A stretch of DNA of 63,971 bases, the filler included, from Reticulomyxa filosa (lineage: Eukaryota; Protista; Foraminifera): NCBI GenBank assembly GCA_000512085.1. It is 16 parts of 16 records of this genome, joined end to end, with 100 filler letters (N's around TTAATTAATTAA, not from the genome) between each part and the next. Parts side by side here need not be neighbours in the genome. Positions count along the whole stretch, not along the records: positions 1 to 1,426 come from ASPP01044943.1; positions 1,527 to 3,974 come from ASPP01007165.1; positions 4,075 to 5,439 come from ASPP01009387.1; positions 5,540 to 6,658 come from ASPP01000194.1; positions 6,759 to 9,627 come from ASPP01032834.1; positions 9,728 to 13,055 come from ASPP01011290.1; 10 more parts are not named here. One strand, given 5' to 3'. The position numbers and the translations under genes are program-made. Positions within the stretch are counted from its first letter, which is position 1; each line of letters starts with the position of its first letter. Below the pieces are notes generated by a model. That model made no database searches and was not told where the DNA came from. It saw only the letters and a list, made by a program, of their open reading frames with translations. Shown here in pieces: positions 1-12,502 of this stretch.

Positions 1-1426
1 TCACAAAAGGATTGAATCACTTGCAATCGCTTGGAGAAATTCGAGTTGATTGTTCTGCATTGTGTCTAAGTATATTTTTGTATGATCGAACCATAACTAC
101 CATGTGATGTTTGTGTCTCGGTTAACTGATTGAAGAAATGTTTTCAGTCATATTTTTTGGAAAAACACTCAAAAAAGCGACTGTTTTTAAAAACATTGCG
201 CGACAGTATCTCGTGTGGGACCATTCCATTTCCTTTTACAACGAATCTCCAGCAAGTGGGTTCTGTTGTTCACAAACAAATAAACAAACAAACAAATAAG
301 CAATTGTGAAAACGAATAATAATGGAACTTAGATCAAAAGAAACTAGTTGACAATTGACAACCACAAAAACAAAAACATAACGCTATTGATAAAGCCAAC
401 ATCTTTACCGAATTCGATAGTGATTTTTCAGGAAAGCTTTGAATGACTCTGGAAAAGATTTGCAAAATACACAATATAATGCAATACAATTCCAACAGTA
501 ACAATGGATCGTTTTGTTTGTTATTATTATTTATATTTTTTTCGATCTTTTTTTTCCCCCTAGTGCTATTGGATGAGTCAACATATTGTTGAACTGCTGC
601 TGCTTCTGCTGATGACAATGTGGCTGATAAAGCGGTGGACGCAGCGATGCCTGGCTGCAAAACAATCTTCTTTTCTGCGAACAAGAAAACCTTAAAGTCA
701 TGTGTGGCCACAATTGGGATGATGACGCTAAATGTGAAGCAGTTGTCTTCTGACTTTTCGAGGATGCCATCCGACTTTATCTCGCCAATGGCATATGTTG
801 CACACGAGGGTCGTACTTGGAGCTCAACCTATCGTAGTTAACTTGAGTGCGATCGTTGGCGCTGTCCAATTCGATCACTGTTGTCTTGTACCATTTGCGC
901 ACTTTGTCCAAGTAATCCACGTGACTGCCAATGGCAATGCCCCAAAACTTGGCATTGAAGCTCTTATACTCGGTGATGTTCGCCGACTGACTCGATACGC
1001 ACTCGCAAAACATTATTTGGTGCGACTTCGGCAAAAGCGATGTTTGCTTCATCACTTTCTATGCTGTTCAATTCTCCGCTGCTTTGGTTGTGCACGCCGC
1101 GCAAATGTAATGCTTTTTGCCATCTTTCAACGTGATCTTGTACCACCGTTGGTTCAAGCTGCGTTTGCAGGTCACACAATAACAAACAGATCCCCTGTTT
1201 CGTGTAGCAGATTATTTGAGTGTATTGCCCCATGACATATTGGCTGTCAATGCCTGCCGCTCAAGTGTCAATTGGCACATTTACAGCCTTTTTTTTCTTA
1301 TTGCATTTATAATGTCCCTACATACAATTTTATCTATTTTGTAAATAAATGACAAAGTGCATATCAACTACATACTACAGTGGGCGATGGTGAAAATGGT
1401 GGAATGCTTGAACGTCATATGATCGA

Positions 1427-1526
1427 NNNNNNNNNNNNNNNNNNNNNNNNNNNNNNNNNNNNNNNNNNNNTTAATTAATTAANNNNNNNNNNNNNNNNNN
1501 NNNNNNNNNNNNNNNNNNNNNNNNNN
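1427..1526. other. Artificial contig spacer (N44-TTAATTAATTAA-N44); recurs at 3975, 5440, 6659, 9628, 13056, 15328, 21294, 23068, 26597, 31282, 39302, 43502, 55149 and 56249
   Basis: An identical 100-nt cassette with six-frame stop linker occurs 15 times, and base composition changes abruptly across some copies. Confidence 0.98.
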
Positions 1527-2448
<922 letters not shown>

Positions 2449-2450
2449 CC

Positions 2451-2858
2451 ATGCTGAGCCTCACCACCCCTGCCCTGCTGTTCCCCGCCATTTCGCTGCT
2501 GATGCTGGCCTACACCAACCGCTACCTGGCGCTGGCCAGCATCATCCGCGGCCTGTACGACGACTACCAGCAAACGCCCAACGACAAGCTGGTACAGCAG
2601 ATCGGCAACCTGCGCCGCCGTATTGCGCTGATCAAGGGCATGCAAAGCCTGGGCGTGGGCAGCCTGTTCCTGTGCGTGGTGGCAATGTTCATGATCTACA
2701 CCGGTTGGCCGCTGGCGGCGCAGTACATCTTCGGTATCAGCCTGTTGCTGCTGATCGGCTCGCTGGCGCTGTCGCTGCTGGAACTGCGCATGTCGACCGA
2801 CGCGCTGAACATCCTGCTGTCCGACCTGGCCGCCGCCGACGCCGAACGCCAGCGCTAA
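2451..2858 (+). CDS. DUF2721-like inner membrane protein
   Basis: N-terminal LTTPALLFPAISLLMLAYTNRY motif, three hydrophobic segments, 2 nt downstream of the previous stop. Confidence 0.8.
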   Translation: MLSLTTPALLFPAISLLMLAYTNRYLALASIIRGLYDDYQQTPNDKLVQQIGNLRRRIALIKGMQSLGVGSLFLCVVAMFMIYTGWPLAAQYIFGISLLLLIGSLALSLLELRMSTDALNILLSDLAAADAERQR

Positions 2859-2935
2859 GTTGGCCGCACGCTGGATAAACCATCCAATCCGCCGCCCGTC
2901 ACCACTGGCACGGTGACAAGGCGCGCGCCACAAAC

Positions 2936-2968
2936 AAAAAAAATGCCTCTCCCGCAGTGGGAGAGGCA
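2936..2968 (-). terminator. Intrinsic terminator with U-tract on the minus strand (possibly bidirectional)
   Basis: Perfect 10-bp stem TGCCTCTCCC-gcagt-GGGAGAGGCA preceded on + by an A8 tract. Confidence 0.75.
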
Positions 2969-3334
2969 AACACCCGTGTCGTACCTGCAAGGTTCCCTGA
3001 GGAACACGCAATAGCTTTCACTATCACTCTTGAAGCAGCTGTTCAAACAAGCACCTTGCGAGCCACTTTGTAGTGTTAGCCCCTGATTCCCTCGCGCGGC
3101 CTCGCTTAAACAAGCGTTTGAATAGTACGGGTTTTCCCTGATCCACAGCAAGCTTTGTCCGTTTGCGTCACCGAGTGGCTGATGGCTTTACACAACACCC
3201 ACCAACGCTACCTGACTGAATGTACAGGTTTTCCCGCCGTATCCCCGTGCTGCCGGGCAGTGCTAGAATCCGTCCATGGTCCGATTGCCGGACAAAATAA
3301 AGACAACGATAAAATGCATCCTCAGGAGGCCGTC

Positions 3335-3974
3335 TTGAGCTTCAAGGCTAACGACTCATTAACCGAACAGATTGCGCGCTATCTGGGCAACAAGATCGTC
3401 ACCGGCGACATCGCGCCCGGCGCCCGCGTGCAGGAGCTGCGCATTGCCGCCGAGCTGGACGTCAGCCGCGGCTCGGTGCGCGAAGCACTGCTGATCCTGC
3501 AACGCCGCCATCTGGTGGAAATTTACCCGCGCCGCGGCGCCATCGTATCCAGCATCAGCCGCGACGACGTGCGCGAGCTGTTTGCGCTGTGGTTCCTGCT
3601 GCTGGAGGAAGTGGCCGTCCATTTGTCTGGCCACTGGCAGAACGACGACCTGGCCGGCTTCATCGAGCTGATGACCGAGCTGGGCGAGCAGCACCGCAAA
3701 GGCGATACCGAGGCGTTCTACACCAGCGGGGTCAACTTCCTCAGCCTGCTGTACCAGCACGCCGGCAACCGCTATACGCAACAGACGCTGTTCGATCTGC
3801 TGCCGCAGGCTCAGCGCTGCCTGTACGCCATCCTGCGTACAGGCAAAAGCCAGCTGGAGCGCACCCACAGCTTCCTCGACAACCTGCTCAAAGCCATCAT
3901 CGCCCGCGACGAAGCGGCATTGCGCCAGATGGTGCCGGCGTTCGGCGCGGCGTACAGCCAGCTGGCACAGGCTG
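3335..3974 (+). CDS. GntR-family transcriptional regulator (FCD-type), 3'-truncated
   Basis: SD AGGAGG at 3324-3329 then TTG start; GntR wHTH IAAELDVSRGSVREALLILQRRHLVEIYPRRGA. Confidence 0.9.
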
Positions 3975-4102
3975 NNNNNNNNNNNNNNNNNNNNNNNNNN
4001 NNNNNNNNNNNNNNNNNNTTAATTAATTAANNNNNNNNNNNNNNNNNNNNNNNNNNNNNNNNNNNNNNNNNNNNAAAAAAAAAAAAGACACTGTTTGCAT
4101 TA

Positions 4103-4556
4103 ATGGGAGCGAACTTGACGGCGGAGCAGTATTTGATGGTGGAAAACACGACACTGGCGGAAGTGCTGAAGGAAGAGGGACTTCTTCCGAGCACACTGCC
4201 GTCTCTGGGCTTGAGTTCGAAGCACAAGTCTCACGACGACAAAGTAGGAGAAGGAGGAGGAGGAGGAGGGGAAGAAAGAAGAAGCAAGGCAAAGACAAGG
4301 AAGACTGCGAAGAGAGCAGCAGATCACACCAATGAGCCTGACGCGGAGGATATGGACGACATAGACAACATAGACGATATGAACGAAATGGAGGATATTG
4401 ATGATATTGACAATGTGAATGCCGACCTCGACCTCGATCTCGATCTCGACCTCGACCTTGGGCTTGATGGCAATGTGGCTGCACTCTTAAAGTCTTTGGA
4501 AAGCACTTCCGTATCAGACAAGAAAAAGAAATCTTTAAAAAAGAGATCTGAAGATG

Positions 4557-4600
<44 letters not shown>

Positions 4601-5382
4601 GATAAAGAAGAAGAAGAAGAAGAGAAAATTGAACAATGGAATAATGATAAAGTAAAAACAAAGCCTTTGGATGGCAGACTGGAAGCATACAGCGACGACT
4701 TGGAATATTTACAAGACTTCTTCAAGGTCATAGAACTGCGCATCTTAATCTTTATGAGCAACTTGGAAGACATGGACAGCATGAAGTTTGAAAAGAAGAC
4801 GCAAAAGACCACGCTGCGCGAGCTGAAGAACAAGGAGAAGCAGGCGTACAGAAAGTGCATGGCGAGACTGCATATTACGACGGAGCAGACAGACTGGACG
4901 CCGAGGATGGAGAGATTGGTGCAGAATAGACACTTGGAAGAGTTTGAGCGATGGGTGGTATTAACTTTGATTGGTTGCATTCTGTCCGTCGACATCCTAA
5001 AAGCCACGCAGCGACAGCAAGGGGCCGTCACTGTCGGCGAAATGCTTGCCATCCATTGCGAGGACCTACGTAGTCAAATTGCATGTCGCAAGTATTTCTA
5101 CAAAAGCGCGCGTCTCGTCAAAGAAGACATTGTGCACGTGGAGGCCCCGCGCTTTGTGCGAAACAGCGACTTGATGCACTACAGTCTGGAGATCGATCGC
5201 AGGATGGTGGACTACATCGTCGGTCTGGACAGCGAGTTCGGCGCTTTGGTGCAAGGCTCGTGTCTATACTCCCCGAGCATTCGACTTGAGGAAGTAATCA
5301 TCCCGCAAACTAAAAAAGATCTGATCATTAATACCATTTCGTCCATGGATGAGTTGCGACGCACCATACATAAGTTGGGTTT
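4103..5382 (+). CDS. AAA+ ATPase, N-terminal part (winged-helix region and start of the AAA module); partial
   Basis: Long ORF with acidic/Asn low-complexity start, then RLVQNRHLEEFERWVVL...LEIDRRMVDYIVG...SPSIRLEEVIIP, typical of sequence just before an AAA domain. The contig ends before Walker A. Confidence 0.6.
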
Positions 5383-7099
5383 GGTTCGTACTGACAAGCC
5401 ATCTCCTATCGCCACTACTATTACTACTACTACTACTACNNNNNNNNNNNNNNNNNNNNNNNNNNNNNNNNNNNNNNNNNNNNTTAATTAATTAANNNNN
5501 NNNNNNNNNNNNNNNNNNNNNNNNNNNNNNNNNNNNNNNCAAAAGAGCGAAAACCTTTCGTATTACAGTTTGCACACCTCTTTCAGCAGCAGGAAAACCC
5601 ACAGTTGTAATTATCATTGAGATCGGACTAACAGCATTTAGTATTTTCCTCCCCTTCTTTAATAAGAACAAAGTAAAACAAACAAAACAAAAATAACAGT
5701 GATCAATGAATGTTTATTAAGAACGAGTTTACCTTCTACCTCTCCTGCTTGTTAAAAACAAATATAAGTTTTACGGCTGTCAACATTAAAAAAAACGATT
5801 TTTTCTTTTTTTAGAAAAAAAAATTATGTTATTACCCAAACTTCAGAATTGGATTGATATACTTAATCATTATATAAATCTTTTTTTTTATGAAAAGACT
5901 TTTTACAATAACATAATTAATATTCTCGAATTTGCATAAAATAAAATGCTAAGTTTTTTATTATTCTTCAAAAAAAGGATTGTAACGCGTGAAAACTGAA
6001 ATCGGTAACGTACGAACTAGAGCAACAGTACACTTAGGTACTACCTCGTTAAATAATAATTGACAGGTGTTGTGGGGTACCACCTCCTATGAGATGCGCA
6101 TGTAGTGGCATTTGTTGTTGATATGGGACCTGTTGTAAGCCCGGGTCCTGGGGGTGTGTTGCTCGTAGGCTTTTTTTTTAATTAAAAAAAATATTAGTTG
6201 GAGAATGTTTTTTCTTTAAAACTCAAAGAAATACTAAGATCGAATTTGTGATATGTCTATAGATGAAGACAAAGCACGAATTTTTTTTTATCAATTCGTG
6301 GATGTGCTTCAATGTGGTAGTTTTGCATCAAACACTTGCATTTTTAACTACGTTTCAAATTTTGGAGGGAAACGAGAAAAAGAAACTTGTTATTTTTTGT
6401 GATAATCTAATGTTGAATAAATAAGAGCGAGTGTTCAAAATGGGGATGTTATATCGCAAAAGTTTTCTAACGATTTTTTTTTGGGTCATTTTTTACTTTT
6501 ACAATTTGTTTTCCAGCCTCGAACTAATTCTAAATTTGAAAAGAGCCTATAATTCGCTTTTCAACACTTTGTTTTAATTTTAAATTGAAAAAAATTTTAG
6601 AGATGCTGTTTTTCAATTTTGGTAAAGATAGCATTCCATTATTTTCACGTCGTTAAAANNNNNNNNNNNNNNNNNNNNNNNNNNNNNNNNNNNNNNNNNN
6701 NNTTAATTAATTAANNNNNNNNNNNNNNNNNNNNNNNNNNNNNNNNNNNNNNNNNNNNTGAAATGCATGTCGCCGATTCCGGAGACAATCCAGCAAAAGT
6801 AACCAGTGCTGCTTTTGCAGCAATCCATAAACTAGCTTCAATTTCCACAACAATCATTTTTTTTTTTTTTCGTCAGTAGTCATTGGTCGTCTTGCTGTTC
6901 CGATTCTGATTTCACTATTTTATTAGCTCTTTCTTTCGGCGCCGTTGGAATTGGATGACGTACTACCACCACTGTTTCCACTATTTGAGCCCATGGAAGA
7001 AGTCTGCGTCTTGGCTGTGCCTGTCGTCATGGTCGTTGTTGTTGAACGTTCGCTATCACGTTTCAAAATAGAGATACATCATTGTCAACAAAAATCTAC

Positions 7100-9370
7100 T
7101 TACAATCACTACTATTGCATACGAAATCAGCAAAATCAGGTTACCACAAAATACTATTACCACTACCAACAACAGCTTTCGCTTGATTGTCCATCTGTCT
7201 CTATATACACATATACACACATATCCCATTATTGTTTTTTTATTTATTTTAATAAAAAAAGATCTTGTATTGTGAGTAGGTGTGAACACACGTGTAAATT
7301 GTTGAATTTGTGTGCAGTGTTCATTGCATGAAGTACAAATGAATGTAAATCGCAAATAACCAAAATGTCGTACATAAGCCATTGATATTTTTATCCTATT
7401 TTTTTTTTGTTGGCTATTTCACAATCTTGCTATACTTGGCCCCGATAAATCGCAATTCCGCTCCCTCTTTGATGCTGTGCCATCCCACGTAAAGTTGCAT
7501 TGACATATTGAATTCCATTTGAACTACCCCTTTGTTTTTATCGGAGGATAATCATTCGTGGAGACTCGTCTACGTATACGTTGATGGCGAACAAATCTTT
7601 CCAATGATTTAGGTTGCTACTACATTGATATTGCCATCTCGTCCAGCAGTTCCATTGTGCTCTATGTGAAATTCGTCCATATCTGACAACTCGCAAAATC
7701 GCCAACTCGTGTTCATAAAGAACCATTCCATAATTAAACGCAGCAACGCCTACAAACTTTAAAAACAAAAACAAATCCAACGCTGTATAGCCTCCTGAAC
7801 TCTTGGGATCTCATTTCTTTGCTTCTTCCTATCCTTTTTGCCAATCTTGGCTTTGTTTCGCATACTTCCTCAACCAAATTAGACCATTATCACATCGATT
7901 CTTCGAATGTCGTGATTTGCTCGCCACTAATATTAATATTTTCTAAACGTGATCGTCATCTTATTCATTATCTTCTACTCCTTCGGTTCATCCAATCGCA
8001 GCCGCCACAATGTTGATATCGTTGCCACTTTGCTCAAGATCATCAAGTCTTCATTTTCTTTTATCTTGGAAGCTTGATTTTGTGATCATTCGCACCAAGA
8101 TTCAGTTTATCCTGGATTAATTTGATATAGCTTGTCCAATTATGCCGACGCTTTCACCGAAGCCATCCGCTCTCGTCGCTCTTGTAATGAGAGCATTTCC
8201 AATAACGATCATATCCGACGTTTGAATTGGCGATTCAATGATAGTATCATTATTATATCCTTCTTCAGTCTTGATCGTATTAGTCGTTCTGCAAATGCTG
8301 GATAATGTAGCGAATACAAGTATTGCATTGCATCTAACAAATCGTCCATCAACTTATAGACAGTCCAGAGAAGATATCATAACGACTTTTGCAGCAATCC
8401 ACTGTTTTCATTTTTTGAGCACGTGAAGGGTGTTTGAGTCTGGCTGCATGTCGTAGTAGTAGTTGTTTTTGAAGCGTGATAGCGAACGCTCAACAACATT
8501 ATCAAAGAAAATCCACTTCCAATCACCTCCATTGTACACGAACTCAGCAAAATCGCTTGAAAAGGCCACGCTTTTCCCGTTACGCAAATATCAGATGCAT
8601 ACCACGAACAACTCACAAAATTCGATTACCGCTACCAACCAGTTTTCGATTTATTGTCCGCATCTGTATATGCATACACACATACACATAGTTTTTTTTA
8701 TTTTAATAAAAAAAGATCATGCTATGTGAATATGTATGGACACACTTGTAAATTGTGTAATGTTCAATTCCTCTTTCTTTGATTTTGTGCCATCCAATGT
8801 AGAGTCGCAGTAAAGACTGAATTCCATTCGAACTGCTCCTACTGTTGTTGAGGAAGAATCATCCACAGATATTTGTTCACCATCAACGTATAAATATACA
8901 AGTCCTTCAAATTGTTCAGATTGCCACTTCCTTGATATTGCCACGCTCGTCCTGTAGTTTCATTGGTGCGATATGATAAGTTATTCTATATAATAATGCG
9001 CAAAATCGTGTACTTAAACAGTCATTCGGTAATCAAACACAGCAAAGCCTAGAAACATTTTTAAAAAACAAACAAAAACAATATCAATATAGTCCCCGAA
9101 CTCTTATGATCAACTTTTTTCGCATCTCCATCTTTTTGCCAGTGATCTTAGCTTGTGTTTCGCAGTTCATCCAACAAACTATATAGAGAAATTCTTCGAA
9201 CGTCGTGATTTCATCTACTGGTGTTACCACTTTCTAAGATTGTCTCTGTCGTCTTCTTTGTTCAATCGAATCGCTTCCGCCTTAATGTCGATATCGCTGC
9301 CACTTTGCCGAGATAAAAGAAAACGAAGACTTTATGATCTCGAGCAGTCTTGATTTTTTAGTCAGGCGAC
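7100..9370. repeat. Diverged tandem segmental duplication (about 7100-8080 vs about 8540-9370), degenerate coding-like DNA
   Basis: Collinear shared blocks, e.g. TTTTAATAAAAAAAGATC (about 7247 and 8701), GATATTGCCA (about 7627 and 8934), TTCTTCGAAxGTCGTGATTT and GATATCGxTGCCACTTTGC; no intact ORF. Confidence 0.7.
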
Positions 9371-9739
9371 ACCAAGGTCAATGTCGTCGATCCATGAGAC
9401 AGCACACAAATACTCAATGTCTCTCGTGCATTCTCCATCAACTTTTTGTTGCGATTTTGCGGGATATTTTCCCGTCTTTCTTTTTCCACTTCCTCCCCTT
9501 TTTTTCCCTTTTTTTCAACTGTCATCTTTTTTATTTTTTTTTCCTTTTTTACAATTGTAATCTTTTTTTTTCTTTTTCATTTTTTTATTTTCTAGTTATA
9601 TATTTTTTCATTTTTTTCATTTTCTAANNNNNNNNNNNNNNNNNNNNNNNNNNNNNNNNNNNNNNNNNNNNTTAATTAATTAANNNNNNNNNNNNNNNNN
9701 NNNNNNNNNNNNNNNNNNNNNNNNNNNGCCATTTCGAGC

Positions 9740-12502
9740 ATGGTTGGCCGTTACAAATCAGCAATTCATAATTTAAGGCCACACTACGGGCACAGCCACA
9801 CTACGGCACATCAACATCAACAACCAGCCATTCTCGTTCGCATCATATTCGTTATAGTCTGGCGTCGATCAACGACAGTCACAGGTACCGAAAAGACCGT
9901 CGAAGAGACCGCAATCGCCACGGGAACAGCCGTAGTCGCAGCCGCCATCGAAGCCGCAGTAGAAGTAGGAGCAGAAGCAAAAGCAAGAACAGCAGCGGCA
10001 GCAGTGCGAGTCGAAGTAGCCGTCCTTCCAGGTCACACAAGGAAAGAAAAGAAAAAGGACACAAGCATAAATCCAAAGATAAGGAGAAAAACAAATCGAA
10101 AACCAGTGACAAAAAGAGAGAGAAAGACAAGGATAAAGACAAAAGAAAGGAATCAAAAGATGAAAGAAAAGGCTATGACCAAAACGTTACGAACAATGAC
10201 GCAATAGCAAACTCCAATGGCACTTTGGGAAATGAAAAAAATAAAGATGTGAACGGAAGTGACAAACATATGCCCAACTCTTCCAATGGCACAAGTAAAG
10301 ATAATAAAGACTTGAATAATAGTTCCAATGCCAATGGTGGTAATACCACAAATAATAGTTCTGCTGGATCTTCTTCCCACGCGCTTCCACATAACCTCTT
10401 TAGTGCGGCTGCCAAGCCCGCTTTGCTGATGCCAAACCCGGCAACTCTTGCTGCCTTTAGTAATCCACTGCTTGGTAGCTTGGCTGGATTGAATATGGCC
10501 GCTGTAAACCCCTTTGGGTTAATGAACCCTTTGCTCAATCCTCTTTTGTTGCTACAAAACTCCATGGCCAATCCTTTGGCTTCCTTACCCTCCACCGATG
10601 GCAATGCCTCAAATGCTCCAATGCCAGGTTTGTTGTTCGTCTCTTTGTGTTGATGACGCGGCTAGTTCGTTGTTTGCTATGCTTGGAATAGGGGTGGTAA
10701 AGGAACAAATGGAAGCAATGTATCCACAAATGACAAGACCCGCCAGAAGACTTTATGTTGGAAATTTGCCAATTGATATGCCTTTCACAGAACAAATACT
10801 ATGTGAATTTTTTACTCAATGCTGCAAAGGCCTAGGGTGAAACACCTAATCCAATATTGTCCATTTGGATTCATAGCGAACGTACGTTTGGTTTTATCGA
10901 ATTGCGAAGTGTTCGTGACACAACACTCTGTTTGTCGTTGTTCGAAGGCTTGCAATTAGGAGGGCGTAATTTGCGCTTTGGTCGGCCCATGGACTACAAA
11001 TTGCCGAGCGAAGAGCTGCGCACCTATTTGGTCCCAGGACCTGATTTAAATGATGAAAAAGATGGTGTGCAAACTTTTCTTTTTTTTTTTCCTTTTTTTT
11101 ATCTTTTTTTGTTTGTTTGTTTTTTTGTGTTTGTATTTTGTCTTTTTGAATATGACTTCACTCCCATGGAAGAGCCTCTAATGAATCCAACAAATTTTAA
11201 AAATATTATCGCACAACACAAACATTAAATATTACTTGCTTTCTTGATTTTTTTTCTTTTTTTGTCATGTCCCCTCGACACTCTTTTTGATCGGTGATGT
11301 GCCACTTTCAAAAAAAATTATCAACGTAAAATGAAGGAAAGAAAAAAAAAAAGAATTATTTGCACTTAAACAACAACAATTGGTTTTTTTTTATTTTTTT
11401 TTTTTTTTTTTTTTGTCTTTTTTTTTTTCCTCCCTCTTTTCCGCTGTCACCACGGGTTGCAGTAAACCTATTGTGAAAAATGAGCAAAAACTTACTTCGT
11501 GTGACCGCCGCGTCAGGAGAAGAACATCGCATTGAGTGGAATTTAACAAAGACACATCGAGAAATCTTTGGTCGCCTGAAAAATCTTTTTTTTGTCTTTT
11601 GTTATTTTGTTTTTGGTTGTTCTTTTTTCCCTCCAAAAACTCCTTCAATATCTCTTTTGAATATCTTCAAAAACAATACAATGGTTCAAACCCTTCCACA
11701 ACTGAACACACAAATATTTTTTTTACAAAAAAGAAAATAAGTGAATAGGTTTTTTTTTGGTTTGTTGTGTTTGGCAATATTTGTTATTTGTGTTAAAAAT
11801 GAAAGAAGAACAACAAGGATGAAAATGTGCACAGATGGATGTGACCCTTACTTGAGGTTTTTGGATCCAGGTTCCCCTGCCGAATTGTTTGCCAAAGTTC
11901 AAATGCAACAAGCGACTCCACAAATGGCGGCAGAAGCTGCTGCTGCCGCAGCTCAAGTGAACGCAAACACCAACGCAACTAGCAGCAATGTTCAAACAAC
12001 CACTAATGAATCTGCTATCAAAAACGGTGAAATAAATAGTGGAGGCATCGAATCATTGAGACATGAAAATGATGGAACAGCAAATATGGGCTCGAATGAA
12101 ATAACAAAAGAAAATATAAGATCATTGGATATGAATGAAAACCAAGCAGATCAATCTAAAGGTAATCCAAATGATTCTGCCAATGAACAATATCCAAGCT
12201 CACGAATCATACTGTTGCTTAACATGGTCAAAGAATCAGACTTAGAAGATCAGAAGGAATATCAAGACATAATGGGAGATATTGCCGACACATGTCAGGA
12301 ATATGGCAAATTGTTGTCCATTGTCATTCCTAAAAGAGGTGAAGAAGGCTGCGGGCGTGTGTTTTTAGAATATCAGACCGTTGGTGATGCAAAAATTTGC
12401 GTGGAAAATTTGGAAGGGCGAACATTTAATAATAATGTAATTGCTGCACATTTTTTCGATGAAGCTGCTTTTGAAAAATCAGAATTTGGCAAACAGCTGT
12501 GA
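9740..12502 (+). CDS. U2AF2: U2AF large subunit (U2AF65/U2AF2)-like splicing factor; multi-exon with apparent frameshifts
   Basis: RS-rich N-terminus; RRM1 (TRPARRLYVGNLP...TFGFIELRS...LRFGRPMDY); C-terminal UHM (SRIILLLNMV...EYQDIMGDI...GCGRVFLEY...GRTFNNN). Phase-compatible GT-AG introns at 10628-10691 and 11065-11834; one extra G near 10835-10837. Confidence 0.82.

Noticed and set aside
334-1235. Overlapping ORFs on both strands in the first contig
   Set aside because: Coding-like but broken across frames with no recognisable domain; probably a degenerate minus-strand gene, and no product can be supported.
1471-1482. Recurrent TTAATTAATTAA palindrome as a biological repeat or CRISPR-like array
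   Set aside because: It is always centred in fixed 44-N flanks, so it is a synthetic six-frame-stop linker. ORFs running into X residues and gene neighbourhoods across spacers are artefacts.
3155-3334. N-terminal extension of the GntR ORF as in the ORF track
   Set aside because: A strong SD plus TTG at 3335 matches the start of the GntR domain; the upstream part is promoter/UTR.
4023-5052. Long antisense ORFs rich in Tyr/Leu/Ile/Ser (also 9869-10156, 15462-16058, 29394-29832, 30404-30847)
   Set aside because: These are shadows of trinucleotide/hexanucleotide low-complexity coding repeats on the opposite strand.
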